Below are positions 38,030 through 50,832 of a DNA stretch of 64,000 bases, piece by piece. Both the position numbers and the translations under genes were made by a program. The stretch spans positions 23,002,001 through 23,066,000 of the forward strand of contig NC_042998.1 of assembly GCF_006345805.1 (NCBI RefSeq). The letters are read 5' to 3'. How positions within the stretch are numbered: position 1 is the first letter of the stretch; every line of letters starts with the position of its first letter. This DNA is from Octopus sinensis. Its lineage: Eukaryota. Below the pieces are notes generated by a model. The model searched no databases, was not told the origin of the DNA, and saw only the letters and a list, made by a program, of their open reading frames with translations.

Positions 38030-38740
38030 GCAGCATCTTTTAGGTTAGTCTTTGCCACTTCATCCCGTCTTCCTCAGTATCCCTCTTCTATGGGTTCCAC
38101 AAACATGAAGTGCACAGCACTTCCTAATGCAGCAGTCATCCACTGCATGCATCATATGGCCATACTAATGCAACCTCTCTCTTATATACCACACCTGATT
38201 CTGCTAACATCTGATCTTTCTCAAAGTTCAGTTCTGTTCTGGCACTCGTGCACTTTTAACATTACGGTATCCATCAGAGCAGGTTTGCCACCAAGGTCAT
38301 CAGCACATCGGAGTTCCTATGGACAGCGAGTCTTAGACATTTGTGATGGCCTGGAGGACAATACCAAATAAGATAGGGCTGGGGACTGAACTTTGATGGA
38401 CCCCCTTCCTTCAGGCTATATTTATCGTAAAACTTACAATTGAATCTCACTTGTACTTACAGCATCTTTGTACATAACTTGTACAGCCCTCACAAGCCAT
38501 TCATCTACAACCAGTTTTCTTAGTGACCACCAGAAGGCATTCTCCAAGTCAATAAATGCCAGATATAGCAGTTTACACTTAGCCAAGTATTTCTACAGCA
38601 GCTACTAGAATGATTGCATCTGTTGCCCTTCTAGAAATGAAGTCAGATAACATTTTATCTAAACTAGCTCTCCATCAGATCAATTATGCCATAACTCACT
38701 CTGTGACCTTCATGGCCTGATCCAAAAATCTGATGCCTCT
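38030..38740 (-). mobile_element. Old RTE RT fragment
   Basis: - strand LLYLAFIDLENAF, the FIDLEKAFD RT motif. Confidence 0.65.
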
Positions 38741-38943
38741 AGAATATCCACCTACTAAAAGCATCACCTTTGTCCTTCCAGCAATTTACAATGATACTGC
38801 TACATCAGTCATTGGGTACGACACCTTCCTATATTACTTGCTTAACTATCCAGGTGACTATCGTGTTATCTTACCTTATCAGATATTTCGAGCATCTCAG
38901 CTTATTATCCATGATGGGCCAGCAGCTTTTGCTATATATATAT

Positions 38944-38975
<32 letters not shown>

Positions 38976-40618
38976 CTTACACATACACACACATTTATGC
39001 GTGTGAACATACGTCCGTGCTTGAGTCTCTGTGTTCATATGAGTATATATATACTCACACACACACATACACACACATATGTATACGGGCGCGCGTATAT
39101 GAAAGCAAACACGAAATTTGTCAATCGGAAGTTAAGATAAAAAGACTCGTCATAACCGAAAGATATCTGTTAAGACTCGATGACTCAATTTGCACTTTTA
39201 CTCGTTTATTTATTCTCGCTGTGAGGATTGCCACTAGAACTGAGACAAACATGACAAATATTAGTCACCGTTGAAAGATACCAAGAGTATGAGTTACATA
39301 CGCAAGAAGTTGTTCATGACCACAGTCTGTTCTGAACATTCTTACTTAAAAAGCATACGCATTGTTGAATAAAAATAGCACCCCTCCCTATGTTTTCTAA
39401 TATACAATGTGCGTTTGTTGAAGCATCGAGGAAAATGCCGAGTGGTATTCAGTAAACGGTCCGTTACTTTCAGGGTTCAAATCCGGGAAGAGGTCATGTT
39501 CGTTTTTCATTCTTCCGGGCGCGATAAAAATAAGTGGCAGTCTAGCCATAAAGACTATTTTGGGCAATCTTTCGTCGAAAGGTTGCCGACTATTTAGTTA
39601 TCTTAACCCCTCCCACCAATTTGGGGGTCTAGTGCACGTCGGAGATTATTGATTTCATATTCCATATTTTCAGGGACGATTAAATAAGGTACCAGTTGAG
39701 ATCAGTGGGGTCGACGTAATTAGCTTGCACCTTCCCACAAAATTTCAGCCCTTGTGCTTATTATAGTAGTAGAAAGGATTATTATTAATATTACTATTAT
39801 TATTATTATTATTATTGTGTGTGTATGTAGACTAAGTAATTAAGTAGCAGCTAAATTATCTCAAATGAAGATGTATTAGTAAAATTGATAAGTATAACGA
39901 AATAAAGCAACAATTAGAGAAGTGATTGAATAAATAAAAGCAACAATTAAGTCCAAACAACAACAACTATAACAGCAACAATCAAAAGTGAGAGACTATT
40001 ACAACAGTTGACATTGTTCTTCAGCCTTACATAATAATAACAGCTACCACTATATATATATATATATATACAAATTGAGATAGGGGTTGTAAATGCAACC
40101 CTCCAAGGGATAACATATATCCAATATACTGCTAGTTTAACCCTACAGTCTCTTATGTGGTGGTTTAATAAAGTATGTGATTGAGTATTATCTGGTAATT
40201 GATATTTGATTTAGATGCATTTCTCCATTTTCTTATCTTGTATATATATATATATATATATGTGTGTGTATATTATTTTTGGTTGTAGAGGTAATGTAAT
40301 TAAGAGCTGAAGATGGACAACTGCTATGATGAAACATATATAAAGGTATTTTTTGTGACAATACGGATATCCTATTGAGTTCTTTTGCTAGGTGGTCACA
40401 CATTCACACAGGTAAACTAATATAAATGAGTGACACCTCGCTGGGTTTTTTAACTTTCCCATTTTAGGAATACCTTGTCTTATTTGCAAACAAAAATGCA
40501 GGGTAGATTATTATAATAATAAAAACGCATCGTTCAGATTTGAATGGATTTGAGAAGAAAAAAAAGATTTTTTTAAGGATAAAATAAATAATAAGTTGAA
40601 AGAAATCGTGATGTTTAC

Positions 40619-40799
40619 CTGCAAAATCAAAGAGAAACGTGATAGTACTAAATCCCCACGAATCTGGCGGTTCTTTGATGTTGAAAAGCAACCAAAATCC
40701 TACAGATGTTTGCTTATTTAGTATAGCATCCATCACGAAAAGAGGAGGGATTCTCAAGGCGATGTCAAGGAGATTTTCTAGTCTGTCCCTCCATGTCAT
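40619..40799 (-). CDS. RNF139: RNF139/TRC8-like, exon 1
   Basis: MTWRDRLENLLDIALRIPPLFVMDAILN resembles the TRC8 N-terminus (LEVALRVPxLYIIDAIFN). Donor GCAG|GTAAAC after 181 nt (phase 1) joins exon 2 in frame, giving 614 aa. Confidence 0.9.
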
Positions 40800-41492
40800 A
40801 CTTTGTGAATGGAAAGCTTCCTTGAAGTGTTAAAAAAACCGACTATCCCTCGCTCCAAACGGGGAGTCCAAATCTGCCGAACACACAAACGGGTTCTGAT
40901 CAAAACTGCAATTTTCGGCAGACTCTGATCATAAACACAAGACAAACTACCGACACTCCGTACCGCTTTACGGCAACCCAGGGCTTCAAGATACGCAGAA
41001 ACTTAATTTCTTTCTAATTAATACTGCACCTACCATAAGTGCTGCTATATACATGTAAATACATGACGATGCACGTCTCTGCACACAGACCTTTTCCGAT
41101 TATATCAATGAACAATAAATATATCGAAGCTGGTTCATATCCTGCAGTAAATCAAAAAAAGTATTGAGCTATAAATAGCTGTTGTTTTCGTTGGCGAACT
41201 GTTCTATGTAGAAATATAAAATATAAATATAAATATATACATGTATATTATTTATGTTTATATATCTTAGTTTTTTTTTTTTCTTTAAAGAGGCATATTT
41301 ATCATCGGGGGTTGTTGCAGACCGTGGTAAATGGCCAAGTTGTGACCACGATGGCTTTCTTTCTTTCTTGGGGTGTGTGTGTGTTTCAATGGGGAAACGC
41401 TGTACGTTTCGACTCTATCAGTTTAACATGCGATTAGCGTGCTTCACAAAGAATTTAAAATTCAGATGAGAAGTATATTTTAGTATTTAGGT

Positions 41493-41806
41493 AACTACTA
41501 GCGAACAGTGGTCCCGGTGCGCGCACACGCGCAGTCGCGTATCCGCGCTAGCGAGTCGCGACTGGTCGATCCTACGACTCCCTAGCAAAGTAAATAAAAC
41601 ACGAAATAAATAATTTTTTTTCGCACAAAGTAAATGATTTTCGTTAAACAAAGCAAATGAAACGCAAAAACGCAAAGTAAATGATTTTTTTAAACAAAGT
41701 AAATAACACGCAAAAACGCAAAGTAAGGATCGACTAGTCGCGACTAGCTGGCGCGGATGCGCGAGTACGCGAGGGCGCGCACCGGGACCACTGTTCTCTA
41801 GTAGTG
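41493..41806. mobile_element. CpG-rich foldback element with CACTA-like terminus, upstream of RNF139
   Basis: 81-bp arms (10 mismatches); right end reads CACTACTAG on the - strand, left end AACTACTAG; interior has repeated CAAAGTAAA; no TSD found. Confidence 0.6.
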
Positions 41807-42234
41807 CCGCCGTATATTTACTGATAGAGTTTGGACTATGTGCGTTAGACAAAAACCAACAAACAAACACACTCTTCTTATAAACTAGATTCTGCCACAG
41901 CTGCTGCTTAAAAAGATTTTAAAAAAGTTTATCAACTGTAATTAATTATTAAAAGACTACATTCTCAGTTTTTTGGGGTTTTTTTTTACTTATCTTTGTA
42001 GTGAGATATGTGGGCGATAATTTTTAAAAGATATAAACCGACTGACTGACTGAGTAGAGGTGAGTAAGCATGGACAGAAGAATGCCTCTCGCAAGATAAA
42101 AAAAAAACCCTTGCAATTTAGAAAAACAATTGACGTAAACGCCATCAGCTCCGACGAAAATCATCAAGTGGGCCGCTACATGGTCTTAAAATGCGAGAAA
42201 CAGCAGCCAAACTGATGCTTTTTTCCCCCCTCTT

Positions 42235-42500
42235 TATTTATTTATTATTATTATTATTATTGTTATTATTGTTATTATTATTATTACTACTACTATTATT
42301 ACTACTACTACTATTATTACTACTACTACTACTACTACTATTATTACTACTACTATTATTACTATTACTATTACTACTACTACTATTACTACTATTATTA
42401 TTACTACTACTATTATTATTATTACAACTACTATTACTACTACTATTATTATTATTATTATTACTATTATTATTACTACTACTATTACTACTACTACTAT

Positions 42501-42532
<32 letters not shown>

Positions 42533-42545
42533 TTATTATTATTAT
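42235..42545. repeat. Compound (ATT)n/(ACT)n microsatellite
   Basis: About 100 consecutive ATT/ACT/GTT triplets; explains the poly-L and poly-I/V ORFs. Confidence 0.95.
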
Positions 42546-43678
42546 TTTCTTTTTCAAACGGACAAAACCCTTTCTTACTTTCGCCCTGTGTTTTGTCCCT
42601 TTATGTTTTAATTGATTTTTGTCAGCCCTTGTGGCCAATAAACGAACGAATTATTATTATTATTATTATTATTATGTATGTGTGTGTGTTTCCGGGTTCT
42701 GAAGTGAAAGTCTACCGTGTCCACTCTTCCCATGTTTACGAATTTTTTTAATATTCATCCGGTTTTCTGGGAAACGCAATTCAATGCCAAACATGATAGA
42801 CGTAAGTGAGAATATGTGAGGTGAGGTGATCTTTTGTTTTGGTAAAATATATCTGCGGGATTGGTCATAAACCAAAACAATCCGGAAAAATGTGTAAAAA
42901 GAAGAAAAAAAAAGAAAAAAGATTTGGATAACCCGAGTAAGCAAAACACATTAGGACTGAGGTAATACAACTCAAGGGAGAAGTCAGCATACTAAATATT
43001 GACCGTACAATCTTACCTCTGTAATATAGAGTTTGAAAAAAAAAAAACTCGTTTAACGGACATCTTTACAATTAGAAGACAAATCTCCGTCCAGGACGGT
43101 TTAAATATAAAATCAACAAGTAAAATAGATAAGTCCGGTAATATCAACTAATTCAAATTTTGAGGCAATGTTCGTGCAGTTAGGAGTGGATTTTGGTAAA
43201 CGACATGTTTCTGCCTTGGTTAGATCTCATCAGCGAAATATTCACTTCCGTTGACTAAGCTTAGAGGGACATGACATATAAATCAAGTTTTCGAAAAATT
43301 CTAGCCTTATTTGAACTTCTGGGTATGTGATCTACTTAAGTGCCAAAAATCATTAAAATCAGTTGGACGGTGTGGGAGGAGTTACAGTAACCCCAAACAC
43401 ACAGACAGACAGACACCATTACATATTATTTATGTGTGTGTGTGTGTATATATGTATATATATATATATATATATATTCTTCTTTCATCTTCTCTTCTAT
43501 TGGACTTTCCTCTCTTTCCGAAGAAGAGTGTCTGCTCGAATCGTTAAACCATCTTTCTTTCCTTCCCTGAGCGTCTGCTAAAACAGTACATGTACCACAT
43601 CCTTGTGTTGTGTTTTTTGTGTGTGTTGTGACCACGTGTGTACCGTTGGCGATTTTTTTCCTCTGTCTTCCCTTCTAT

Positions 43679-43713
43679 GTTTCCGACGAAGAGCTCCGCT
43701 CGAAACGTTAAAC
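43679..43713 (+). ncRNA. Minimal type I hammerhead motif (Penelope-type); degenerate twin at 43515-43549
   Basis: GTTT-CCGACGA-A-GAGC-TCC-GCTC-GAAAC-GT-T/AAAC, with palindromic ACGT stem III. Confidence 0.65.
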
Positions 43714-43909
43714 CCTCCTTCTTTCCTGAGCGTCCAATAATACTATATTTGTTCCACGTCCTCCCGTTGTTGTGTTTTTTTGTGCTTTCATGTTTGGATT
43801 AACTATATATATATATATATAATATATATATATATATACCGGAGTAAACACATAAATGTGAAACAAGGTGGAAAAAAGAGTACTCAAATACCAGTAGTAG
43901 AGTAATATG

Positions 43910-43977
43910 CTTTATTTTAAGCAGCAGAAAATTCAACAAAACAGATTTTGTTGAATTTTCTGCTGCTTAAAATAAAG
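43910..43977. repeat. Perfect 32-bp hairpin with a 4-nt loop
   Basis: CTTTATTTTAAGCAGCAGAAAATTCAACAAAA-CAGA-reverse complement. Confidence 0.95.
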
Positions 43978-45149
43978 TATATATATATATATAAATATAT
44001 ATACATATACATCTGTATATAATCATTATTAATTATTCAAGGCAGCAAGCTGACAGAATTATTAGCATGTTGGACAAAAGGTTTTTAGCAGCATTTTTTT
44101 TTTTTTATTGGCTCTTTTCATTGTGAGCTCGAATCATGCTCAGATCAATTTTGACTTGCATTCTTTCAGGGGAGAGGGGGGGGGCAATAAAATAAGTACC
44201 AGTTGAGTACTGGGGTTGATGTAATTGACTTAACTCCTCCCCCAAAATTTCAGGCCTTGTGCATTTTGTAACAACTCTACTGGGTCCTCTATTCCAATTT
44301 CCTATATATTCCTCTTGATGCTTTCAGATACTGTCCCCAAGGACCCAACAATAGTTGGCACTGTCTTCACCTTCCTTATTTTCCGTAGTCAAGCTAGAGT
44401 ATTGCCCATCATATGACAAGTAACTTTGGAGGCATACAGTAATTCCTCAACTATCACAGGGGTAACGTCCCAACACCCCCTGTGATGGGTGAAAATCTAT
44501 GAAGTAGAAACAGTACTGTACTGTATATTTGTTTTTATTACTTTAAAAATTTGTATCATCATCATCATCATTTAGCGTCCGCTTTCCATGCTAGCATGGG
44601 TTGGACGGTTCAACTGGGATCTGGGAAGCCAGAAGGCTGCACCAGGCCCAGTTTGATCTGGCAATGTTTCTACGGCTGGATGCCCTTCCTAACGTCAACC
44701 ACTCCGTGGGTGTAGTGGGTGCTTTTTACGTGCCACCGGCACAGGTGCCAGACGGGGCTGGCAAATGGCCATGGTCGGCTGGTGCTTTTTATGTGCCACC
44801 GGCACTATTAATGTGAAATAACATCACAGAGGAATTGACGTAAGCTTAGATAATAAACCACAATAGGTAAACCACATTATGGCGAGCGGTAATTGTATTT
44901 TTTGCTAACACAGGTAATATCAGGAAAGGCATTCATATAATAATTATAATTTCTTTTTCATCAAATTTCATGGTATTTATACAAAATGAAATAAATATAA
45001 ATTTTCAAGAGAAAAATATTTATTACTTCCTTTTAATATTTTCTCTGTCTCCTCTCCCTTTTACTCCCTCTGATTTGATTTATAACTTTTATTTCTACAA
45101 TATTTTTTTTTCTAAGCTTTATTATACTGTTCTGAACTGTTAAGCTTTA

Positions 45150-45321
45150 ATTCCTCTCTCTCTCTCTCTCTCTCTCTCACTTTACTCTGTCATTTACCCT
45201 GCTCCCCTTCCTTCTCTGTTTGTATGATTCTCCCTCTCCCACTAAGTGTGCGTGTGTCATTCTATATTCATTGCCTGCCACCAAGCCAAGTTCGCGCACT
45301 TGTCCAGCACCTCTTACAATA

Positions 45322-45357
<36 letters not shown>

Positions 45358-45497
45358 TTACTCTGTCATTTACCCTGCTCCCCTTCCTTCTCTGTTTGTA
45401 TGATTCTCCCTCTCCCACTAAGTGTGCGTGTGTCATTCTATATTCATTGCCTGCCACCAAGCCAAGTTCGCGCACTTGTCCAGCACCTCTTACAATA

Positions 45498-45535
<38 letters not shown>
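45150..45535. repeat. 176-bp-period tandem duplication bounded by (CT)n tracts
   Basis: 45179-45324 is identical to 45355-45500. Confidence 0.92.
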
Positions 45536-45541
<6 letters not shown>

Positions 45542-45635
45542 CCCTCTCCCCCTCTCACCATGCAATGTAAAGCATGGCTGGAGAAATCAATCAATCAATC
45601 GACCGGCCAACATTATGTTCTGTTTTTTTTTCTTT

Positions 45636-45846
45636 CTTTTTTACTTGTTTCAGTCATTTGACTGCGGCCATGCTGGAGCACTGCCTTTAGTCAAGCAGAT
45701 CGACCCCGGGACTTATTCTTTTGTAAGCCCAGTACTTATTCTATCGGTCTCTTTTTGCCGAACCACTAAGTGACGGGGACATAAACACACCAGCATCGGT
45801 TGTCAAGCAATGCTAGGGGGGGACAAACACAGACACACAAACATAT

Positions 45847-45882
<36 letters not shown>

Positions 45883-46052
45883 ATATATACGACGGGCTTC
45901 TTTCAGTTTCCGTCTACCAAATCCACTCACAAGGCATTGGTCGGCCCGGGGCTATAGCAGAAGACACCTGCCCAAGATGCCATGCAGTGGGACTGAACCC
46001 GGAACCATGTGGTTGGTAAGCAAGCTACTTACCACACAGCCACTCCTGCGCC
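45636..46052 (-). mobile_element. SINE family A
   Basis: Full copy; others at about 29335-29697 (+), 49772-50147 (-) and 55607-56013 (+). Confidence 0.85.
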
Positions 46053-47589
46053 TGTTATTATATATCAGTCATTATCATAAAGATCATTATTCATGTAGCA
46101 ATTCTCTCCAGTTTGATGGTCCCCTGGGTTATCAATGTCATCATGTCTCAGCTTCTTCATCCTGCAGCTTAGAGACACAACACAAATGCTGTTCCAAGTA
46201 TTGCTGTCAACTGAGTACTTCTTATGGTGTCTGTGAAGGCGTGTGACTTAGAGGTTACGAGTATCTGGCTCATAATCACAAGATCGTGAGTTCAATTCCT
46301 GGCAATGTGAGCAAGACATTTTATTTCACATTGCTCCAGTTTACTCAGCTGGGAAAAATGGCTTGTACCCCTATTTCAAAGGACCAATCCTATAACATTC
46401 TGAGTCATGCTGGATCTCCCTGATACCGACATTAAGAATACACATCTGTGGAGTATTCAGCCACTTACACATTAATTTCACTAGCAGCCTGTTCTGTTGA
46501 TTGGATCAGCTGGAACCCTTGTGCCTAAAATTGAATATATCATCATCATCATCATTATCTAATGTCCCTGTTCCATGCTGGTATGGGTTGGCTGGTTTGA
46601 CAAGATCTGATGGGTCCAAGGACTGCCACATGCTCTAGTGTTTGTTTGGCATGGTGTCTATGGTTGGATGCCCTTCGTAAGGCCAACCACTTTACAGCAT
46701 GTACTGGGTGCTTTGTTTTTCTCATGGCACCAGCACTAGAGAGGTCACCGTGCAGCTTGCAATACTAAGAACCCCAAATTGGGAGGGGGAACTTTATGCC
46801 AGGAGAATAAGAGGTAGGGAGGAGTAAGGTATGAAAAGGAGCTACATCTATTTATGTTTTAGAAGAGATGGTCAATGGGGGGAGCTATAAAGTGATATAA
46901 GAGGGGGTGGAGTGTCAGAGTGTGTCTTCAGGGTACAAGTGGGGTAGGAATGAGTGATACACACAAATACTGGCTTATTGTAGAAGCTTGTATAAATTTT
47001 AATTATTCAGCTCTCATACATCTATTATTAATTGACTTTCATTTACAACTATAATGGAAGCTTTGGTTAATGTAATCTCAAATTCCTTAGCCTCCTCTGA
47101 TAAAGATAAATTAATATATATTATCCCTGAAACACATTAACAAATATATAAAACTACTTTAATTCCAGCTAATTAAAACATTCCATAACAATGGAAGACT
47201 TCATCTGTCGCTTGGTTTAATGTCATCACTTTCACCTTTGACATCTTAAACAGAGTCAGTTCTGTAGCTTGTATTCCAGACTCTGAAGATGATCTGAGGA
47301 ACTGCAATTCTACCATTAAGTAATTCATTAAAAATGATAAAGCGTAATAAATAATTGATTCAAATGTTGACACAAGGCCAGCTATTATAGATGTAGGGTG
47401 TTAGTCTGTTCCATCGAACCAAGTACTTGACTGGTACTTTATTTTATCAACCCCGCTCCCAAAAAAACGAAAGGCAAAGTTGACCAAGGCAGCATTTGAA
47501 CTGAGAATGCAAATAGACAAAAGAAAGGTGTTAAGTGTTGTTGTCCTGCTCTCTGATGATTCTGCTAGTTTACTGATTTAAGAATAATA

Positions 47590-48435
47590 ATCCTTTCTAC
47601 TATAGGCACAAGGCCTGAAATTTTGGAGTCGATTACATTGACCCCAGTATTTCACTGGTACTTAATTTATCTTCCCCAAAAGAATGAAAGGCAAAGTTGA
47701 TCTTGATGGAAATTGAACTAAGAACGTAATGGCAAATGAAATACCGCAAAGCATTTCGCCCCGCATGCTAACGATTCTTATTTCTTTATTGACCACAAGG
47801 GGCTAAACACAAAGGGGACAAACAAGGACAGACAAACGGATTAAGTCGATTACATCAACCCAGTGCGAAACTGGTACTTATTTAATCGATCTCGATAGGA
47901 TGTTAGGCAAAGTCGACCTTGGAGGAATTTGAACTCAGAACGTAGCGGCAGACGAAATACCTATTTCTTTACTACCTACAAGGGGCTAAACACAGAGAGG
48001 TCAAACAAGGACAGACAAACGGATTAAGTCGATTATATCGACCCCAGTGCATAACTGGTACTTATTTAATTGACCCCGAAAGAATGAAAGGCAAAGTTGA
48101 CCTCGGCAGAATTTGAACTCAGAACGTAACGGCAGATGAAATACCTATTTCTTTACTACCCACAAGGGGCTAAACACAGAGAGGTCAAACAAGGACAGAC
48201 AAACGGATTAAGTCGATTATATCGACCCCAGTGCGTAACTGGTACTTATTTAATCGACCCCGAAAGGATGAAAGGCAAAGTCGACCTCGGCGGAATTTGA
48301 ACTCAAAATGTAGCGGCAGACTAAATACCGCTAAGCATTTCGCCCGATGTGCTAACGATTCTGCCAGTTTGCCGCAGATGAAATACAACTAATCATTTCA
48401 CTCTGCGTGCTAACGTTTCTGCCAGCTTGCTGCCT
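47590..48435 (-). mobile_element. Head-to-tail chain of SINE B units
   Basis: Junction GAAATAC|CTATTTCTTT at 47960/47961 and 48144/48145 (184-bp period). Confidence 0.85.
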
Positions 48436-50832
48436 TATTATGTCAAAAAAAATCAAACACAAAACTAAATGTAATATAAGAGCAGTACAAAAAGAAATCA
48501 AACTTTCAAAGTAGTGCACTAACCAACTGGTGCAGCATGCTTCTGATTTTAGACTGTAGTTTTGACTTACAGTCCAATAATAGTCTCATTTGGCCATGTC
48601 ACTTAGTCACTAATCTACATAGACTAGAGTGAAAGTAGATTTTGTGCACTTGACAATTTGTTATAATTAGCATAAAATTCTGTTATAAATTGGGATTTTT
48701 CTAATGTTACAGCAGGCCTGTAGGGAGGATTATTAGAATCATACACAATGTTACAAGTTGTACCTGGCAAGACAAGGTCCTAGATATGGAGGTCATCTAT
48801 TGAGCTGATTTGCCCAGCATTTGGACTCTGCTGAGGAGAGCATAAGTCAGGTGGGCTGGACACTTTGTTTGAATACCTAACATGTGACCCCCCAAAAGAC
48901 CGTTGTACAGTGAATTGGTGGAAGGCAAATGCATGCAAAGGAGACAGAAAAAGCACTTCAAGAATACACTCAAAGTTTCACTGAAGAGCTTTGTTTGAGA
49001 TTAACCCCAACACCTAAGAAACACAAGCAGAAGACTGTCCTGACTGGTAAAGTTGCACCAACAAAGGTGCCACCTCCTAGGAACAGAACAGAATTGCAGG
49101 GGTGGCGAGTTGGCAGAATCGTTAGCACGCCAAGCAAAATGCTTAGCGATATTTCATCTGCTGTTACGCTCTGAGTTCAAATTCCGCCGAGGTCGACTTT
49201 GCCTTTCACCCTTTCGGGGTCGATTGAATAAGTACCAGTTACGCACTGGGGTCGATGTAATCGACTTAATCTATGTGTCTGTCCTAGTTTGTCCCCTCTG
49301 TGTTTAGCCCCTTGTGGGTAGTAAAGAAATAGATATTTCGTCTGCCGTTACGTTCTGAGTTCAAATTCCACCGAGGTCGACTTTGTCTTTCATCCTTTTG
49401 GGGTCGATAAATTAAGTACCAGTTATGTACTGGGGTCGATGTAATCGACTTAATCCCTTTGTCTGTCCCCTCTATGTTTAGCCCCTTGTGAACAATAAAG
49501 AAATAAGAACAGGATTGCAGCGGCACAAAGAATTCACAGCCATCTCCTTGCCTTCATTCCTAACAGACCACCAACTTGCAACAGAGCCTTCTAAACATGC
49601 ATCAGACACATTGGCCACAACTGGACACACCATATCCCCATATTCTTCTTCCATGTGATGTCCTTGGTCATTGTTGATAATAATAAAACCAGCAAGAACA
49701 TCCAGCTAAGATAATTCAAATCTGGAAACCCTTCCACAGCAATGGTAATTGCTCACATTGTGAATGTACTCACTCTTTTACTTGTTTCAGTCATTTGACT
49801 GCGGCCATGCTGGAGCACTGCCTTTTAGTTGAGCAAATCGACCCCAGGACTTATTCTTTGAAAACCTAGTACTTATTTTATCGGTTTCTTTCTTCGAACC
49901 GCTATGTTACGGGAACGTAAACACACCAGCATTGGTTGTTAAGCAATAGTGGGGGGACAAACACAGACACACACATACATATATAATACGGGCTTCTTTC
50001 AGTTTCTGCTTACCAAATCCTCTCACAAGGCTTTGGTCAGCCTGAGGCTATGGTAGAAGACACTTGACCAAGGTGCCATGCAGTGGGACTGAACCCAGAA
50101 CCATGTGGTTGGTAAGCAAGCTATTTACCACACAGCCACTCCTACACCTGTAATCTGTAAAAAAGCCTGGCTTTTTATGAAGTTTCCTAAGAAACAGGCT
50201 TCAGTAAATGTTTATGTTACTTGATTATAAGAAAAAAAAACATTGAAGATGCACCATGTTCTGGCAAAATTTGTACTCAACGAAAAGAATTGAGAGTCAT
50301 TTAGCAACCATTTGGTTATTTGAGTATTAGTAAAAAATTTCTGAAATGCCAGCGCTGCCTTGACCGGCATCCATGCCGGTGGCATGTAAAAAGCACCAAC
50401 TGATTGTGGACATTGCAGCCTCCTCTGGCCCCTGTGCTGGTGGCACGTAAAAAGCACCCACTACACTCGCGGAGTGGTTGGCGTTAGGAAGGGCATCAAG
50501 CTGTAGCGACACTGGTGGAACCATCCAACCCATGCTACCATGGAAAACGGATGTTAAATGATGATGATGATGTCATAATAATCATGAAATATAGACATGT
50601 GGCTCTTATGTCAAAACAAGTAATAATAATGATGATAAGCTTATTATGTTATATGGTGCTTAGGTGCACTACAACTTATCAGAAAAAGTAGCTAAAAATG
50701 CAGGAACAGCATAGAATAATAGTATTTTATTTTATCAATGTAAATCACAATATTAACAAAGTTACATCATAGGTTACCAGTGGCACAATATAGTCTGCTA
50801 GAACCAAATGTAGTTGAAATTAAATTATTAGA

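Noticed and set aside
42191-42751. Poly-Leu 186-aa and poly-Ile/Val ORFs
   Set aside because: Pure microsatellite translation.
43195-43240. - strand CTGATGAG...GAAACATGTC hammerhead look-alike
   Set aside because: Stem II lacks closing pairs and stem I does not form.
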